The translations under genes and the position numbers were made by a program. From IMG/VR virus record IMGVR_UViG_3300027963_000034, positions 58,552 to 122,551 of that record: DNA of 64,000 nucleotides; one strand, given 5' to 3'. Below, piece after piece: positions 19,088 through 28,807 of the stretch. How positions within the stretch are numbered: position 1 is the stretch's first letter; every line of letters starts with the position of its first letter. The DNA is from a virus (Duplodnaviria; Heunggongvirae; Uroviricota; Caudoviricetes). A model generated the notes under the pieces. That model searched no databases, was not told where the DNA came from, and was given only the letters and a program-made list of their open reading frames with translations.

Positions 19088-19752
19088 TATATTAAATCTT
19101 TTATACTACTATTTAAATTTGAAGGTCCTTCAATTCTTTGTAAAATTACAATTGAGCCAACATTTCCTCTAATATTACTATATGAATAAAATCTATATTC
19201 ATCATGATTTTTTAAAAATTCAAAAACTGCTAATTGCATATCTTTTAACATATAAAAATCATCAACCATTATAAATTTTGGTTTCATTTGAGCGGTGATT
19301 TTCATTTCATTATAAAGGTACTCAAATGTATGTGTACTATCTAGCCAAATTAAATCCCATTCAATATTAGCCTGTTTACATTCGTTCAAATGTTCTAAAC
19401 TATGTATATTTCTATAAATAACTTTATTATCATCATAATAATCATTTATAAATCCAACACATCTTGCAGAGTGGTTATCTTGATGGTTATCACAAGTGTA
19501 TAATCTAAAATCATCTAAACTTTCATAACAAGTATAACTAAATGAACCATAGTTTGTTCCTGTTTCTAAAATGTTATATGGTTTAACTTCCATCAAAAAT
19601 TCTCTAATAAAAACATTACCTCTTTTTGAATTTTCTAAATCACCTTCGGTATATCCATCTATACTACCAGCGTTACCACCCCATCCCATCCTATTATTAA
19701 GTGATTCGTTTATTAAAAAATCATAAACAGGTCCTTGAAATATATTTTTCAT
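19087..19752 (-). CDS. Class I SAM-dependent methyltransferase (Methyltransf_24-like)
   Basis: ILETGT..G.S, DLIWLDSTH, VDD; likely start MKNIF at 19752. Confidence 0.72.
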   Translation of the reverse strand: MKNIFQGPVYDFLINESLNNRMGWGGNAGSIDGYTEGDLENSKRGNVFIREFLMEVKPYNILETGTNYGSFSYTCYESLDDFRLYTCDNHQDNHSARCVGFINDYYDDNKVIYRNIHSLEHLNECKQANIEWDLIWLDSTHTFEYLYNEMKITAQMKPKFIMVDDFYMLKDMQLAVFEFLKNHDEYRFYSYSNIRGNVGSIVILQRIEGPSNLNSSIKDLI

Positions 19753-19757
19753 ATTAT

Positions 19758-20060
19758 TTATTTTTTCCATATTTGATACCATTTTTTCTTTTTAACATCT
19801 GGTTTAGCAAATGGTTGGGTATTATCCCATACATTCACTATGCCACCATATCTAACCATCATCATTTGACAAAATAGCTGATGATATTCGGGTGGTATTT
19901 TATCAAAGTCAGCTTTAATTGATATATCCAAATTTACACTTTTGCCATCTTCAACCAATAATTTTAGTTGGTCTCTCATTTCAATAATCGTACTAGATTT
20001 CATTGTTAGATAACTTGTATCCCCAATGTAATATTCTCCTTCTTTTTGTTTTGGTGCCAT
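19758..20060 (-). CDS. Hypothetical protein
   Basis: 100 aa ORF with operon spacing; ends KKWYQIWKK. Confidence 0.7.
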   Translation of the reverse strand: MAPKQKEGEYYIGDTSYLTMKSSTIIEMRDQLKLLVEDGKSVNLDISIKADFDKIPPEYHQLFCQMMMVRYGGIVNVWDNTQPFAKPDVKKKKWYQIWKK

Positions 20061-20063
20061 AAC

Positions 20064-20369
20064 TTATTTTTTATTATTCCAATACATTTCTCTAACTTTT
20101 GCTCCTAATTCGGAATCATTAGGTGTATCTAATATTGTTCTACCTTCTATTGTTATTAAATTTCTATTTTCTCCTATATAACATTCTCTACATAATTGAC
20201 CAGCTCCCTCTACATACCCATATCTAAAATCAATATGAGTAGTTTTTAATGTAGTAGTTTCTCCACCACACATAACACAGGTTTCATAAAGGTTATTTGT
20301 TTTTTCTTTTCCTACTGATGTAACTAATCCATTTTCATCAATTGTAAGTGGTACATGGTGCTCTCCCAT
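20064..20369 (-). CDS. Hypothetical zinc-ribbon protein
   Basis: CVMC...YVEGAGQLCREC. Confidence 0.7.
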   Translation of the reverse strand: MGEHHVPLTIDENGLVTSVGKEKTNNLYETCVMCGGETTTLKTTHIDFRYGYVEGAGQLCRECYIGENRNLITIEGRTILDTPNDSELGAKVREMYWNNKK

Positions 20370-20372
20370 AAT

Positions 20373-20687
20373 TTATTCTTTTATTGTTTCTAATTTATTT
20401 TTTAATTTTAAGACTAATGCGCAAGTTTCATACTCTTCAAAATCAATTAGTGTTTGTAGATTTTCGTCTAATAAATCGGTAAATTCTCTACTATCAATAG
20501 ATAATGTAATAACAAGTATCTCTTTAATTATTACTTGTGCAAAATCAACTCTTTTCTTTTTGTATTTAATACCATAATCAATACCTTGAATTATAGCTTT
20601 AGATATTTGCATCCTATGTGATTGGAATACATCATTCGGTTCTTCCGCAAATATTTGTATTGGTTCAAATTTTCTTTTTCTTCCCAT
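20373..20687 (-). CDS. Hypothetical protein with UVR-like C-terminal motif
   Basis: EEYETCA..LK motif; strong promoter upstream. Confidence 0.7.
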   Translation of the reverse strand: MGRKRKFEPIQIFAEEPNDVFQSHRMQISKAIIQGIDYGIKYKKKRVDFAQVIIKEILVITLSIDSREFTDLLDENLQTLIDFEEYETCALVLKLKNKLETIKE

Positions 20688-20691
20688 AAAT

Positions 20692-20723
20692 CAAATATAG
20701 GAAAAATAATTTAATTCTCCAAA
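20692..20723 (-). promoter_or_regulatory. Bacteroidota sigma70 promoter, full consensus
   Basis: Minus strand TTTG-N20-TATATTTG, matching TTTG / TAnnTTTG exactly. Confidence 0.8.
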
Positions 20724-21118
20724 TTTTGAGTATTAAAAGATTTTAATACTTTTGTTGGAATTTTTTTGTAGCCGGTATTGGATGTAGTTAGAATACAATT
20801 TCTAAATTCTTCCCAATCAATCATATAAGAATTATCCAACATACCACCTGTTTTTGACTTAACTACTTCATTTAAAGCGTTAATAGTGTATATTGAATTA
20901 GATTGTTTCTTTCTATGTACTAAAATAGTTTTCCATTCGGAAGGGATTGCATTAGAACCCTTTTCAACATTAAAAGTAATAAATGCTTCTTCAGGTCTTA
21001 TTTTACTTTCTAAAATAAAAACATTTGGATTGGTCAGAGTATAGTTTGTTAATATAAAATTAACTGATTTATCTAACTCATCCTTTGTCGTAAATAGGCA
21101 AAGTAGTTGTGTGTTCAT
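20711..21118 (-). CDS. Hypothetical protein
   Basis: 135 aa; HRKKQSNSIYTINALN core; coupled to the upstream ORF. Confidence 0.75.
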   Translation of the reverse strand: MNTQLLCLFTTKDELDKSVNFILTNYTLTNPNVFILESKIRPEEAFITFNVEKGSNAIPSEWKTILVHRKKQSNSIYTINALNEVVKSKTGGMLDNSYMIDWEEFRNCILTTSNTGYKKIPTKVLKSFNTQNLEN

Positions 21119-23559
21119 TATGCTTCATCATCGTTTGTATCATCGCTAGATGATTGTTTTCTTTTTTCTCCTGCAGCTTTTCTTTGTGCTAATTGGTCCG
21201 CCTTTCTAGAGTTTGCTCCGGATGTATCACCATTCTTTTTATTAGCTTCTGCACATTGTCTTACAAATTCATCATTACATAAAATTTCAAACCCAACAGT
21301 CCCTTCAAATCCTTTACCTTTTTGTCTAGCATCAACATATCCAACGGGGATTTGTTTTTTACCACCCGCACTAAATACTAATAATGCATCTCCATTTGAA
21401 TCTTCAACAACTGTCAAACCTTTATTCAATTCATCATAACTATTAACACCAAATACGGTCTGTAATGTTTTTGTAGTAACATGTACACCATCTATTAACA
21501 TAAATTCCGTTCCATCCATACAAACTTTTAATGGAAATGCTTCTGCTAATTTTTGCATTACACCTCCTAATAATTCTGGACTATTTGGAATTGCTTTAAT
21601 TAAAGCATTTCCGGCTTCTTTTGCTATACTATAATGTTGTTCTAATTGTTTATCAACATCATATCCAGCAGCCTTTGCAACTTCTGCAGCTGCAACACAT
21701 GCCTTACTTACATATTTAGTTCCTGCTTTTTTAGGATTTAATTTTGTTAACCCAGCTGCTACACATTCTTGTGTAACTTCACCATTTGCTTTACCACATT
21801 GTTTTACAATTTGATGAGCAGCGGTTGCGAATTTTCTATCAGCTGATGTTTTATACAAACTATTAACTGCGTTTTCTAATTCTTTTGGTTTTAAATCTAC
21901 CGATGCATAATATCCTAATTTAAGTGCGGATTTAGTTTGTTTATCGTTAAACTCTCTAATAGCAGTTACGGCTCGTTTAACATCATCTGGTGCTTTATTA
22001 AATGCTTTATCTCTAATAGCTTTAGATTCTTCCGAAACCATTTGAGCACCTTGCTGCCAGGTTTTAGCTCCAGTTAATTTTAATATAGTATCTCTAGCCG
22101 CTAATCTTTCTTCTTTATTTTTATTACCATCCTGTGCTTTACTCCATAATGATTCCAATGCTCTTGTTCTACCTCTCTCACTATCAGTTACATAGTTTAA
22201 TATAAAATTTTCAACTTCATTTACAGAACCATTAAAGAACATAATATTTTCATCTTTCTTCAATGAACATCTTTGAGCTTGGGCAGGACCGGCAGGTTTA
22301 CCATTTTTCAAAGGTTGTACTCTTAAAAGAACATCCGTTGAAAATCCTTTTTGTGCATATGGTAATCCCAATGCTTCAATATCTTCTCTCTTATCCCAAG
22401 CAGCTCCCTGAAATTGCCATCCACCTTTACCATATTTTTCATCCATAGCCGCATCAAACGATTCACCATGTGATAGGGATGCATCCACCCAACTATCAGT
22501 TGCAATTGCAGTATCGGCTGCCAATGCTTTTTTCAAAGCTTTAGGGTCTTTTGATAATTTATTAAATGCCGCGGCACCCATACTTTGTTTTAACAAATCT
22601 AATTTAGTTTCTTGAATTTGTTGTTTTATTACATTTGCTAACGCGAATCTTTGACGAGGGTCTCTTAATGACATGAAAGCCATTGCCATAACTTCACCAA
22701 ATTGTGATTGAATTTGTCCTGCACCACCTTGTTTAATTAACTCTGTTACAGGTGGTTGTTTACCATCTACTTCGGTATTGATACATCTTTCCAAAAACTT
22801 AATGTATTCTTCTGGAAAACCCGCATTTGTTAAATCGTTATGTAATGATTTATCAAATATAAATGGCTCGGTTCTTACTCTGGTAGAATGCCCCTCCCCA
22901 TTTGAACCTCTTTTTGAATAATATTCTTTATCGGAATAACCTTCGGCCATATCTTTTTTAGGATATTTTGGATTAGGATTTCCCATATCTGCACTATCAC
23001 CACTATTTTGTTTTACATATTCTTGCTCAACTTGTCTTAATACTTTATCATCTAATTTTCCCAAAACTTGAGGAGCTCTTTTTTCAGGCTGTGTAGGTTC
23101 TCCACTTCTTTTTTGTGCTCTGCCATCATCTTTTGGTTGATTGTCGTTTCCTGGGAATACTTTAGCTCCACCACCGGTTACACCAAATGCGTTTGGTCCT
23201 TGTTGTTTAGGTTTATCTGCTGGTTCTTCTGACGAAAGAGTACCACTAGCTTTTGCAGCCGATAGTTCTTTATCCGTTGGAATATCATGAACTGCAGTAT
23301 CTACTTTACCAACCGCATATATTGCTCCACTTTGTTTATTTTTTACCCAAGTTTTACCAGTTGGTGGTGCAACTCTTTCTTCTTTTAAGAATGAATAATA
23401 TACTCTTGCTTTCTGTGCTATTTCATTTGCATCGGAAATACCATTTTCTCTTAAAATTTGTTTTAATGTTGTAACTTGTTCCTCATTTGTTAAATCAATA
23501 ATACCAGTTTTAACTCGGTATTCTAATTCTTTTAGGATTTCTTGAAAATTTATTGACAT
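21118..23559 (-). CDS. Large putative head-packaged protein with PD-(D/E)xK-like nuclease motif
   Basis: N-terminal helical segment with LxE sites, low-complexity linker, then GEVM...STDV...CSLKK. ORF is certain; function is inferred. Confidence 0.5.
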   Translation of the reverse strand: MSINFQEILKELEYRVKTGIIDLTNEEQVTTLKQILRENGISDANEIAQKARVYYSFLKEERVAPPTGKTWVKNKQSGAIYAVGKVDTAVHDIPTDKELSAAKASGTLSSEEPADKPKQQGPNAFGVTGGGAKVFPGNDNQPKDDGRAQKRSGEPTQPEKRAPQVLGKLDDKVLRQVEQEYVKQNSGDSADMGNPNPKYPKKDMAEGYSDKEYYSKRGSNGEGHSTRVRTEPFIFDKSLHNDLTNAGFPEEYIKFLERCINTEVDGKQPPVTELIKQGGAGQIQSQFGEVMAMAFMSLRDPRQRFALANVIKQQIQETKLDLLKQSMGAAAFNKLSKDPKALKKALAADTAIATDSWVDASLSHGESFDAAMDEKYGKGGWQFQGAAWDKREDIEALGLPYAQKGFSTDVLLRVQPLKNGKPAGPAQAQRCSLKKDENIMFFNGSVNEVENFILNYVTDSERGRTRALESLWSKAQDGNKNKEERLAARDTILKLTGAKTWQQGAQMVSEESKAIRDKAFNKAPDDVKRAVTAIREFNDKQTKSALKLGYYASVDLKPKELENAVNSLYKTSADRKFATAAHQIVKQCGKANGEVTQECVAAGLTKLNPKKAGTKYVSKACVAAAEVAKAAGYDVDKQLEQHYSIAKEAGNALIKAIPNSPELLGGVMQKLAEAFPLKVCMDGTEFMLIDGVHVTTKTLQTVFGVNSYDELNKGLTVVEDSNGDALLVFSAGGKKQIPVGYVDARQKGKGFEGTVGFEILCNDEFVRQCAEANKKNGDTSGANSRKADQLAQRKAAGEKRKQSSSDDTNDDEA

Positions 23560-23572
23560 CTTTTATCTTTTA

Positions 23573-23875
23573 TTAAAATGAATCACTTACTAATGTATAA
23601 TCTTTATTTGTTAGAGATTTTTTTGCTTGCTTTAACAAATCATCAACCATCTTATCTCTCTTCTTTGCATCTTCTGGAGAAATACTACCATCCTTATCGT
23701 GCTGTTTTTTAATTTGTTGTAACTTACGAACGGCATCTTTGTCATCCATATAGATTGCCAATTCAACTGCCGCAGAAGAATGGTCATTATTATCGGTCAT
23801 TCTACTTACTTTTTTATTAAAAGCTTCGGCTGGGTTATAATATTCTTTTAAAGGAATAAGGTCTACTAATCTCAT
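23573..23875 (-). CDS. Small late protein, possible internal head protein
   Basis: N-terminal MRLVDLIPLKE resembles a T4-type LxE-cleaved propeptide; late motif upstream. Confidence 0.55.
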   Translation of the reverse strand: MRLVDLIPLKEYYNPAEAFNKKVSRMTDNNDHSSAAVELAIYMDDKDAVRKLQQIKKQHDKDGSISPEDAKKRDKMVDDLLKQAKKSLTNKDYTLVSDSF

Positions 23876-23893
23876 ACTAACATAATTATATGA

Positions 23894-23903
23894 TATAAAT
23901 ATA
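23894..23903 (-). promoter_or_regulatory. Late-promoter-like motif ATATTTATA
   Basis: Recurrent motif, here 18 nt upstream of the ATG at 23875. Confidence 0.6.
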
Positions 23904-23908
23904 AATTT

Positions 23909-25180
23909 TTAACTTATAACCTTTAAATTGTTATAATTCTCTCCTTCTTCTATTCGTACCGGAAATCCACCCAACTCCATAATGTCGTTTACGGATTTTA
24001 AAATCTCATCTCTTTCAATTGGGTGTGTATCAATAAGAAACGCATCATAGGTATACAAAATCATTTTACTCATCTTACTACTCAATACTTCCAATACCTC
24101 TCTAATTTTGATGTAATTCACTTCAGTCTCTATTGCTTGTAATAAGTAAGAGAATACTTTTTGTTCGGTTGGAGATTCAATTCTATCAAAGTTAATTTTT
24201 CGTTTGTATAAGGGAGTTTCCAAATACCCATTTATAACGAATCTATTATATTGAGATGTTATATATTCCTCAACCTTTTTAAAAAATGGAATCTCTCTCG
24301 CCATTTCATCCAAACCACCATATAGATAACGGAATGTCAATAGTTTCGCTTCTTCCGTTGGTAATCCATAATATTGAGCAAGGTGTTGGTGTGCCGAAAT
24401 ATCCGTTGGAAATTTATAGCCAACTAATCCTCCAATTAAACGAACGTGGTATGACTCAAAATCAAATTGTAATAAAGTACCATTTGGATGTCTACTAACA
24501 AAACATTCTCTACTACCATCCGATTTGTTAAGAGCAGAGTAGTTCACATTAAGATGTCTGTTAGATGGTCTACCTGTTATTGTATATGGGTTGTATTGTG
24601 TGTAAACAATATCATTTTTTTTGATGTATTTCTCGTCAAAGCTAAAACTATCAATAAATTTTTCTCTATCGACTTTTACCCCAGCCCCTTCTAGTTTTCC
24701 CAAAGTATTGATTGCGTTTGTATATTTACGATACGATTCATCCGTATTACTGATGTTTGGGATTGTCTTTAAGATTTCATACCACTTCATTAAAGGTACA
24801 CAATCATTCAACTCTTTAAAGTCGTTTCTATACCCTCTATAAACCCCAGCAACGAACTCATTAAAGATAAATGGTTTACCATACTCTTCAAAATGTGCCC
24901 ACTCATAATCCAATCCTATTGTGTTTAAATACCTATTACCTAAAACTAATGTATTTGAATGAATTATTTTCGATATATCAAATTCATTTAATTTTTTAGC
25001 ATCTATATGATTTAAATTTATTATACCATCATCACCATTTACATGCCTAAAATATATAAAGGACAAACGAGTACCAAACGGATGTGCTCTATGTGAGCTC
25101 CATACTGGAATAATAAGGTCAATATTTACATTACCCCCTAAAAAAGAAAATAGGGTATGTTTATCTTCTATTAGATTCAT
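23909..25180 (-). CDS. Short family A DNA polymerase-like protein
   Basis: TITGRPS, motif A FDFESYHVR, motif B AK..TF..LYG, LLQA, motif C YTYDAF; only 423 aa. Confidence 0.8.
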   Translation of the reverse strand: MNLIEDKHTLFSFLGGNVNIDLIIPVWSSHRAHPFGTRLSFIYFRHVNGDDGIINLNHIDAKKLNEFDISKIIHSNTLVLGNRYLNTIGLDYEWAHFEEYGKPFIFNEFVAGVYRGYRNDFKELNDCVPLMKWYEILKTIPNISNTDESYRKYTNAINTLGKLEGAGVKVDREKFIDSFSFDEKYIKKNDIVYTQYNPYTITGRPSNRHLNVNYSALNKSDGSRECFVSRHPNGTLLQFDFESYHVRLIGGLVGYKFPTDISAHQHLAQYYGLPTEEAKLLTFRYLYGGLDEMAREIPFFKKVEEYITSQYNRFVINGYLETPLYKRKINFDRIESPTEQKVFSYLLQAIETEVNYIKIREVLEVLSSKMSKMILYTYDAFLIDTHPIERDEILKSVNDIMELGGFPVRIEEGENYNNLKVIS

Positions 25181-25185
25181 ACCCT

Positions 25186-25216
25186 ACAATATACTAAAAA
25201 TATCTGAATTTACAAA
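25186..25216 (-). promoter_or_regulatory. Bacteroidota sigma70-type promoter
   Basis: Minus strand TTTG-N19-TATATTGT ending 5 nt before the ATG at 25180. Confidence 0.6.
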
Positions 25217-25217
25217 A

Positions 25218-25979
25218 TTATTCTTTCCAATGTTTGTCTCTAATTTCATATACATCTATTGGTTGTCTTTTCATATGTTCTCCTTGTCGAAGATATCCAC
25301 CCTTTAACATATACCCACTTAATATAGAACGTCTAAATGCGTTTCCATTATTTGTATCCGAACCATGTACTAAATGTGAATGTATTAAAAATGCTTGGCC
25401 CTTTTTAAGTGTTGCATAAATTTTTGGAAAATTATGCCCTTCTGGCATTTTACTAGCTTTGCCTCTTTCATTTTTCCAATGACCAGGATTTGAATTAACT
25501 CTATTTTCATCAACTTCAATATCTAACAAAGGTAAATAATGAGAACCCTCAAACGCCCATAGGCCTCCATTACTTTCATCCGATTCGTCTAACGATATAG
25601 AAATATTTGCTATCTTATTCCAACCCGCCTGCGAATAAAATCCATCTTGGTGAGCATCTCTACCTAATTCTCCAGGTGGTTTGAAATATGCCCAAGTTTG
25701 TACCCCTTGTATTTCGGAATCCAAAAGTAATTCCATACATTCAATTGCTTTTGGATGTGCCAATATTTTTTCTACTAATTCCGATTCTTTATGAGGATGC
25801 ATGTAAGGTTCATACTCTCCCCAAGTTTCTTCCGATTGGTTTCTATTAATTCTTAATTTATCCAATTCAGCAATAACATTATCCACTTCAGATTCGGTTA
25901 AAATATCAACAATCACGTAACCTTTGTATTTCCAGTCATGCAGCAGTTGTTCTTTTTCTATTTGTGTAAGATGTTTCAT
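25218..25979 (-). CDS. PhyH-family Fe(II)/2-oxoglutarate dioxygenase
   Basis: KPPG, HQD, NGGL...GSH, HGS..N...RR; likely start MKHLTQ at 25979. Confidence 0.88.
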   Translation of the reverse strand: MKHLTQIEKEQLLHDWKYKGYVIVDILTESEVDNVIAELDKLRINRNQSEETWGEYEPYMHPHKESELVEKILAHPKAIECMELLLDSEIQGVQTWAYFKPPGELGRDAHQDGFYSQAGWNKIANISISLDESDESNGGLWAFEGSHYLPLLDIEVDENRVNSNPGHWKNERGKASKMPEGHNFPKIYATLKKGQAFLIHSHLVHGSDTNNGNAFRRSILSGYMLKGGYLRQGEHMKRQPIDVYEIRDKHWKE

Positions 25980-25984
25980 ATAAT

Positions 25985-26015
25985 TAAATATACAACTTAT
26001 TTTCAAATTTACAAA
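25985..26015 (-). promoter_or_regulatory. Bacteroidota sigma70-type promoter
   Basis: Minus strand TTTG-N19-TATATTTA ending 5 nt before the ATG at 25979. Confidence 0.65.
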
Positions 26016-26033
26016 AATAAAATATGATTTTTA

Positions 26034-26414
26034 TCAACCTTTATGAAATTGTAAAATGTTTGGTAAATAAAGTCCTATGTTTTTTAATTTAGCAGATGCT
26101 ATGTTTATGGAAGCCGTGTTTGAATTATATACTCCTATATCTTCTATACTTCCATCATTCTTGTAAACAACTTCTTTTGGTCCTTCAATTCTCCAAAATA
26201 ATTCAACACCTTTCCAATAAGGATTATGTAAATATGTTTCGTATGTATCTTTTTTTACTTCAAATATATGACCATGATCGTCATTTGATTTTTGAACAAA
26301 ATATCTTTTGATAATACCATTAGTATAATCAATTTCATTTGGAGTTGGTACAATTGTTTCGGGTATTACAATTGTATGTATTATTTTTTCTTTTATTAAA
26401 TCATTATATGCCAT
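26034..26414 (-). CDS. Hypothetical protein (baseplate region)
   Basis: P.P...DY..G.I.RYF, W.I.G pattern; likely start MAYNDL. Confidence 0.65.
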   Translation of the reverse strand: MAYNDLIKEKIIHTIVIPETIVPTPNEIDYTNGIIKRYFVQKSNDDHGHIFEVKKDTYETYLHNPYWKGVELFWRIEGPKEVVYKNDGSIEDIGVYNSNTASINIASAKLKNIGLYLPNILQFHKG

Positions 26415-26419
26415 AAAAA

Positions 26420-28804
26420 TTATTTTATATCCAATACTCTCCATCTAGCATCTAGAGTAGTATACCAACCATCTGGATTAATTGCATGTTTCACATTTTC
26501 AATTTGAAATGCACCAATTATATTATGTATTTCAGGAACACCATCACATAAAAAAAACTCACCACAACTTATACCACTTATACCATCTATAACTAAACTA
26601 ATTTCTATTGGAGTTAATAAACTTTTATTTTTTTCATAAAAGGCTTTACTAACAATATTACCTATAAATTTTTCATCAGTAAAAATTAAAACTTTTTCAG
26701 TTCCACCAAGCTTAAATTTTTTAGAGTTGGCATTTATAGTTAATGAAACATCCTGTGGAGCTTGGCTGTTTGTCCCTTTTTGTAATCCTTTTGCAGCATC
26801 TTGTGCCGCTTTTTTCATAGTTTTTTCAACCGCTTTTACATCAACATAATTTAAACTATAAAATCCGTCTGCATTTTGAGTTGTATAAAAATCAACACTC
26901 TCATATGCATTTTTTGGAATACCTAATAAAGAATCGTCTACCGAGCCTGATTGTGCGCTTTTAACTTGTGCTATATGTGCATATGCATTAAATAATGTTC
27001 TACCTGCAATTGCATCACTCATATTAAATTCATATGTAAATTCCTTAACAATTGATTGGACAGTTGTAGGTTTAAATCTATATGGGCCGTCTTTATCAGT
27101 TTTTATAGCCTGTGATAGTATATTTGTTCCTTGTTTTAATTTACCATCTACAATAAATGATTCCGATTTTCCACCTTCTAATGAACCTATGATAAGCTTC
27201 ATCATACCAAATGAATTATCGTTTACCATAGCCAATATTGATTCTAAAAAATCTATATTTGTATATGCTCTTTGCCAAATTTCTTTTACTTTTTCATATG
27301 ATAAAAATACATTTAATGCGTTTCCTAAAATAACATTATCATTTTTTTCATATACTTTTATAAATTTTTCACCAGGGTTTTTTTTATTTGAATCATTATA
27401 TTTTTCATTTTCAATATATAATTCATCGACTTTTAAATTAAATTGTAATCCATTAATAGTACAATCCGTCTTTTCAATATTACCTTTACTATCTGTTGAT
27501 AATACAATTGTATTATTTTTTACATTTTTTATAATTTTAGGTAATTGTCCAGGAAATATAATATTTTCATTTGCAGATATCAAATTATTAGAAGAATTTG
27601 CCAATATTATTGAACTTTTACCACCACCTTTATTATCGGTATAAAATTGTTGTTTACCTATATCTAAAAATTTGCTATCAACTATTGAAGGTTTTGTTTT
27701 AGATATATAGTTTAAAATCTTATCAATTACAAATCCTAATGTAATATATGGTTTTTTTGATAAAGATTCATATGCTTTATTATCGTTTGTAATACCCCAA
27801 TTAAAAAAATGCTTTTCATCATCTTTTTTTGTAACAATTGTAGATAAATCTGGTAAATTAAAATCAGATTCTATTTGATTTATCCAGGTATCAAACATCA
27901 TAGGATTAATTGTCGGTCCTTTTGTTTTACTATTAGTTGAAGTTGTAGATTTTGGAATGGCTCTTGAAACCTCATTACCTGCAGTTATTTTAAAACTAAC
28001 AACATACGTTCCATTATCTTGAATAGAATATGTATAATCTAAAACTTTTCCTGCAATTTGTTCATATGTTCCTCTAGATTCTTCAACTCTTTTGTAATAT
28101 TTTCTAAGTGATTCAATATCACCAACAGACAAATCTGCAAAATTTGTACAAAATGTATCATATTTTGATTTATCTATAATTACATTTGCTAATGATATAT
28201 CAGTTTGCGCTCCTATACTTTGCTGATATGTTGAATTGTTACCATATCTTAAATCTACATATTCTTTTCTTATATTTGCGTATAAAGATTGATTATTTCC
28301 AAATTCTAATAAAATATTCATTCCAGGTTTCAAATAAAACAATTCAAACATTTCTAGTTGTTTTAATGAAAATAATCTAACATTAATAGTTGCAATTTTT
28401 AATGCGTTTCCAACACCATCGGTATCAATTTCTATATTTTCGATTATTGGATTTGGTATTCCTCTATTACTCTCACCACTAACTAATATTTTTTTACCAG
28501 TAAAGTCTGTACCAATGTAAGATGGGCCAGTTGTTGCGTATGCATTTTCAGGTGTTTGTACTTCGTTTGTAATTATACACCCCTGATATCCTTTTGATGC
28601 ATCTGGATTTTTTATAATATCATCAAAAATATCAGCTCTTTCTTTTAGGCTTAATTTTTTATTATCAGTTTGCTGTACTACAAGAGCCGGAGAGGTTAGT
28701 ATAACCCATGGAGTTTTAAACATAGCACTTTCTACTAGTTTTTCTCTATTTAAAAATATTTCTTTAACCCAACTTTTTAAATCAGATATAAATAATCCCG
28801 CCAT
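26420..28804 (-). CDS. Putative baseplate hub-like protein
   Basis: 794 aa; YLKPGMNILLEFG and a C-terminal IDGISG..GEFF...P...F.I..VKH.I...W.T.L typical of hub (gp27/gpD-like) ends; follows the LysM-like gene. Confidence 0.55.
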   Translation of the reverse strand: MAGLFISDLKSWVKEIFLNREKLVESAMFKTPWVILTSPALVVQQTDNKKLSLKERADIFDDIIKNPDASKGYQGCIITNEVQTPENAYATTGPSYIGTDFTGKKILVSGESNRGIPNPIIENIEIDTDGVGNALKIATINVRLFSLKQLEMFELFYLKPGMNILLEFGNNQSLYANIRKEYVDLRYGNNSTYQQSIGAQTDISLANVIIDKSKYDTFCTNFADLSVGDIESLRKYYKRVEESRGTYEQIAGKVLDYTYSIQDNGTYVVSFKITAGNEVSRAIPKSTTSTNSKTKGPTINPMMFDTWINQIESDFNLPDLSTIVTKKDDEKHFFNWGITNDNKAYESLSKKPYITLGFVIDKILNYISKTKPSIVDSKFLDIGKQQFYTDNKGGGKSSIILANSSNNLISANENIIFPGQLPKIIKNVKNNTIVLSTDSKGNIEKTDCTINGLQFNLKVDELYIENEKYNDSNKKNPGEKFIKVYEKNDNVILGNALNVFLSYEKVKEIWQRAYTNIDFLESILAMVNDNSFGMMKLIIGSLEGGKSESFIVDGKLKQGTNILSQAIKTDKDGPYRFKPTTVQSIVKEFTYEFNMSDAIAGRTLFNAYAHIAQVKSAQSGSVDDSLLGIPKNAYESVDFYTTQNADGFYSLNYVDVKAVEKTMKKAAQDAAKGLQKGTNSQAPQDVSLTINANSKKFKLGGTEKVLIFTDEKFIGNIVSKAFYEKNKSLLTPIEISLVIDGISGISCGEFFLCDGVPEIHNIIGAFQIENVKHAINPDGWYTTLDARWRVLDIK

Positions 28805-28807
28805 AAC

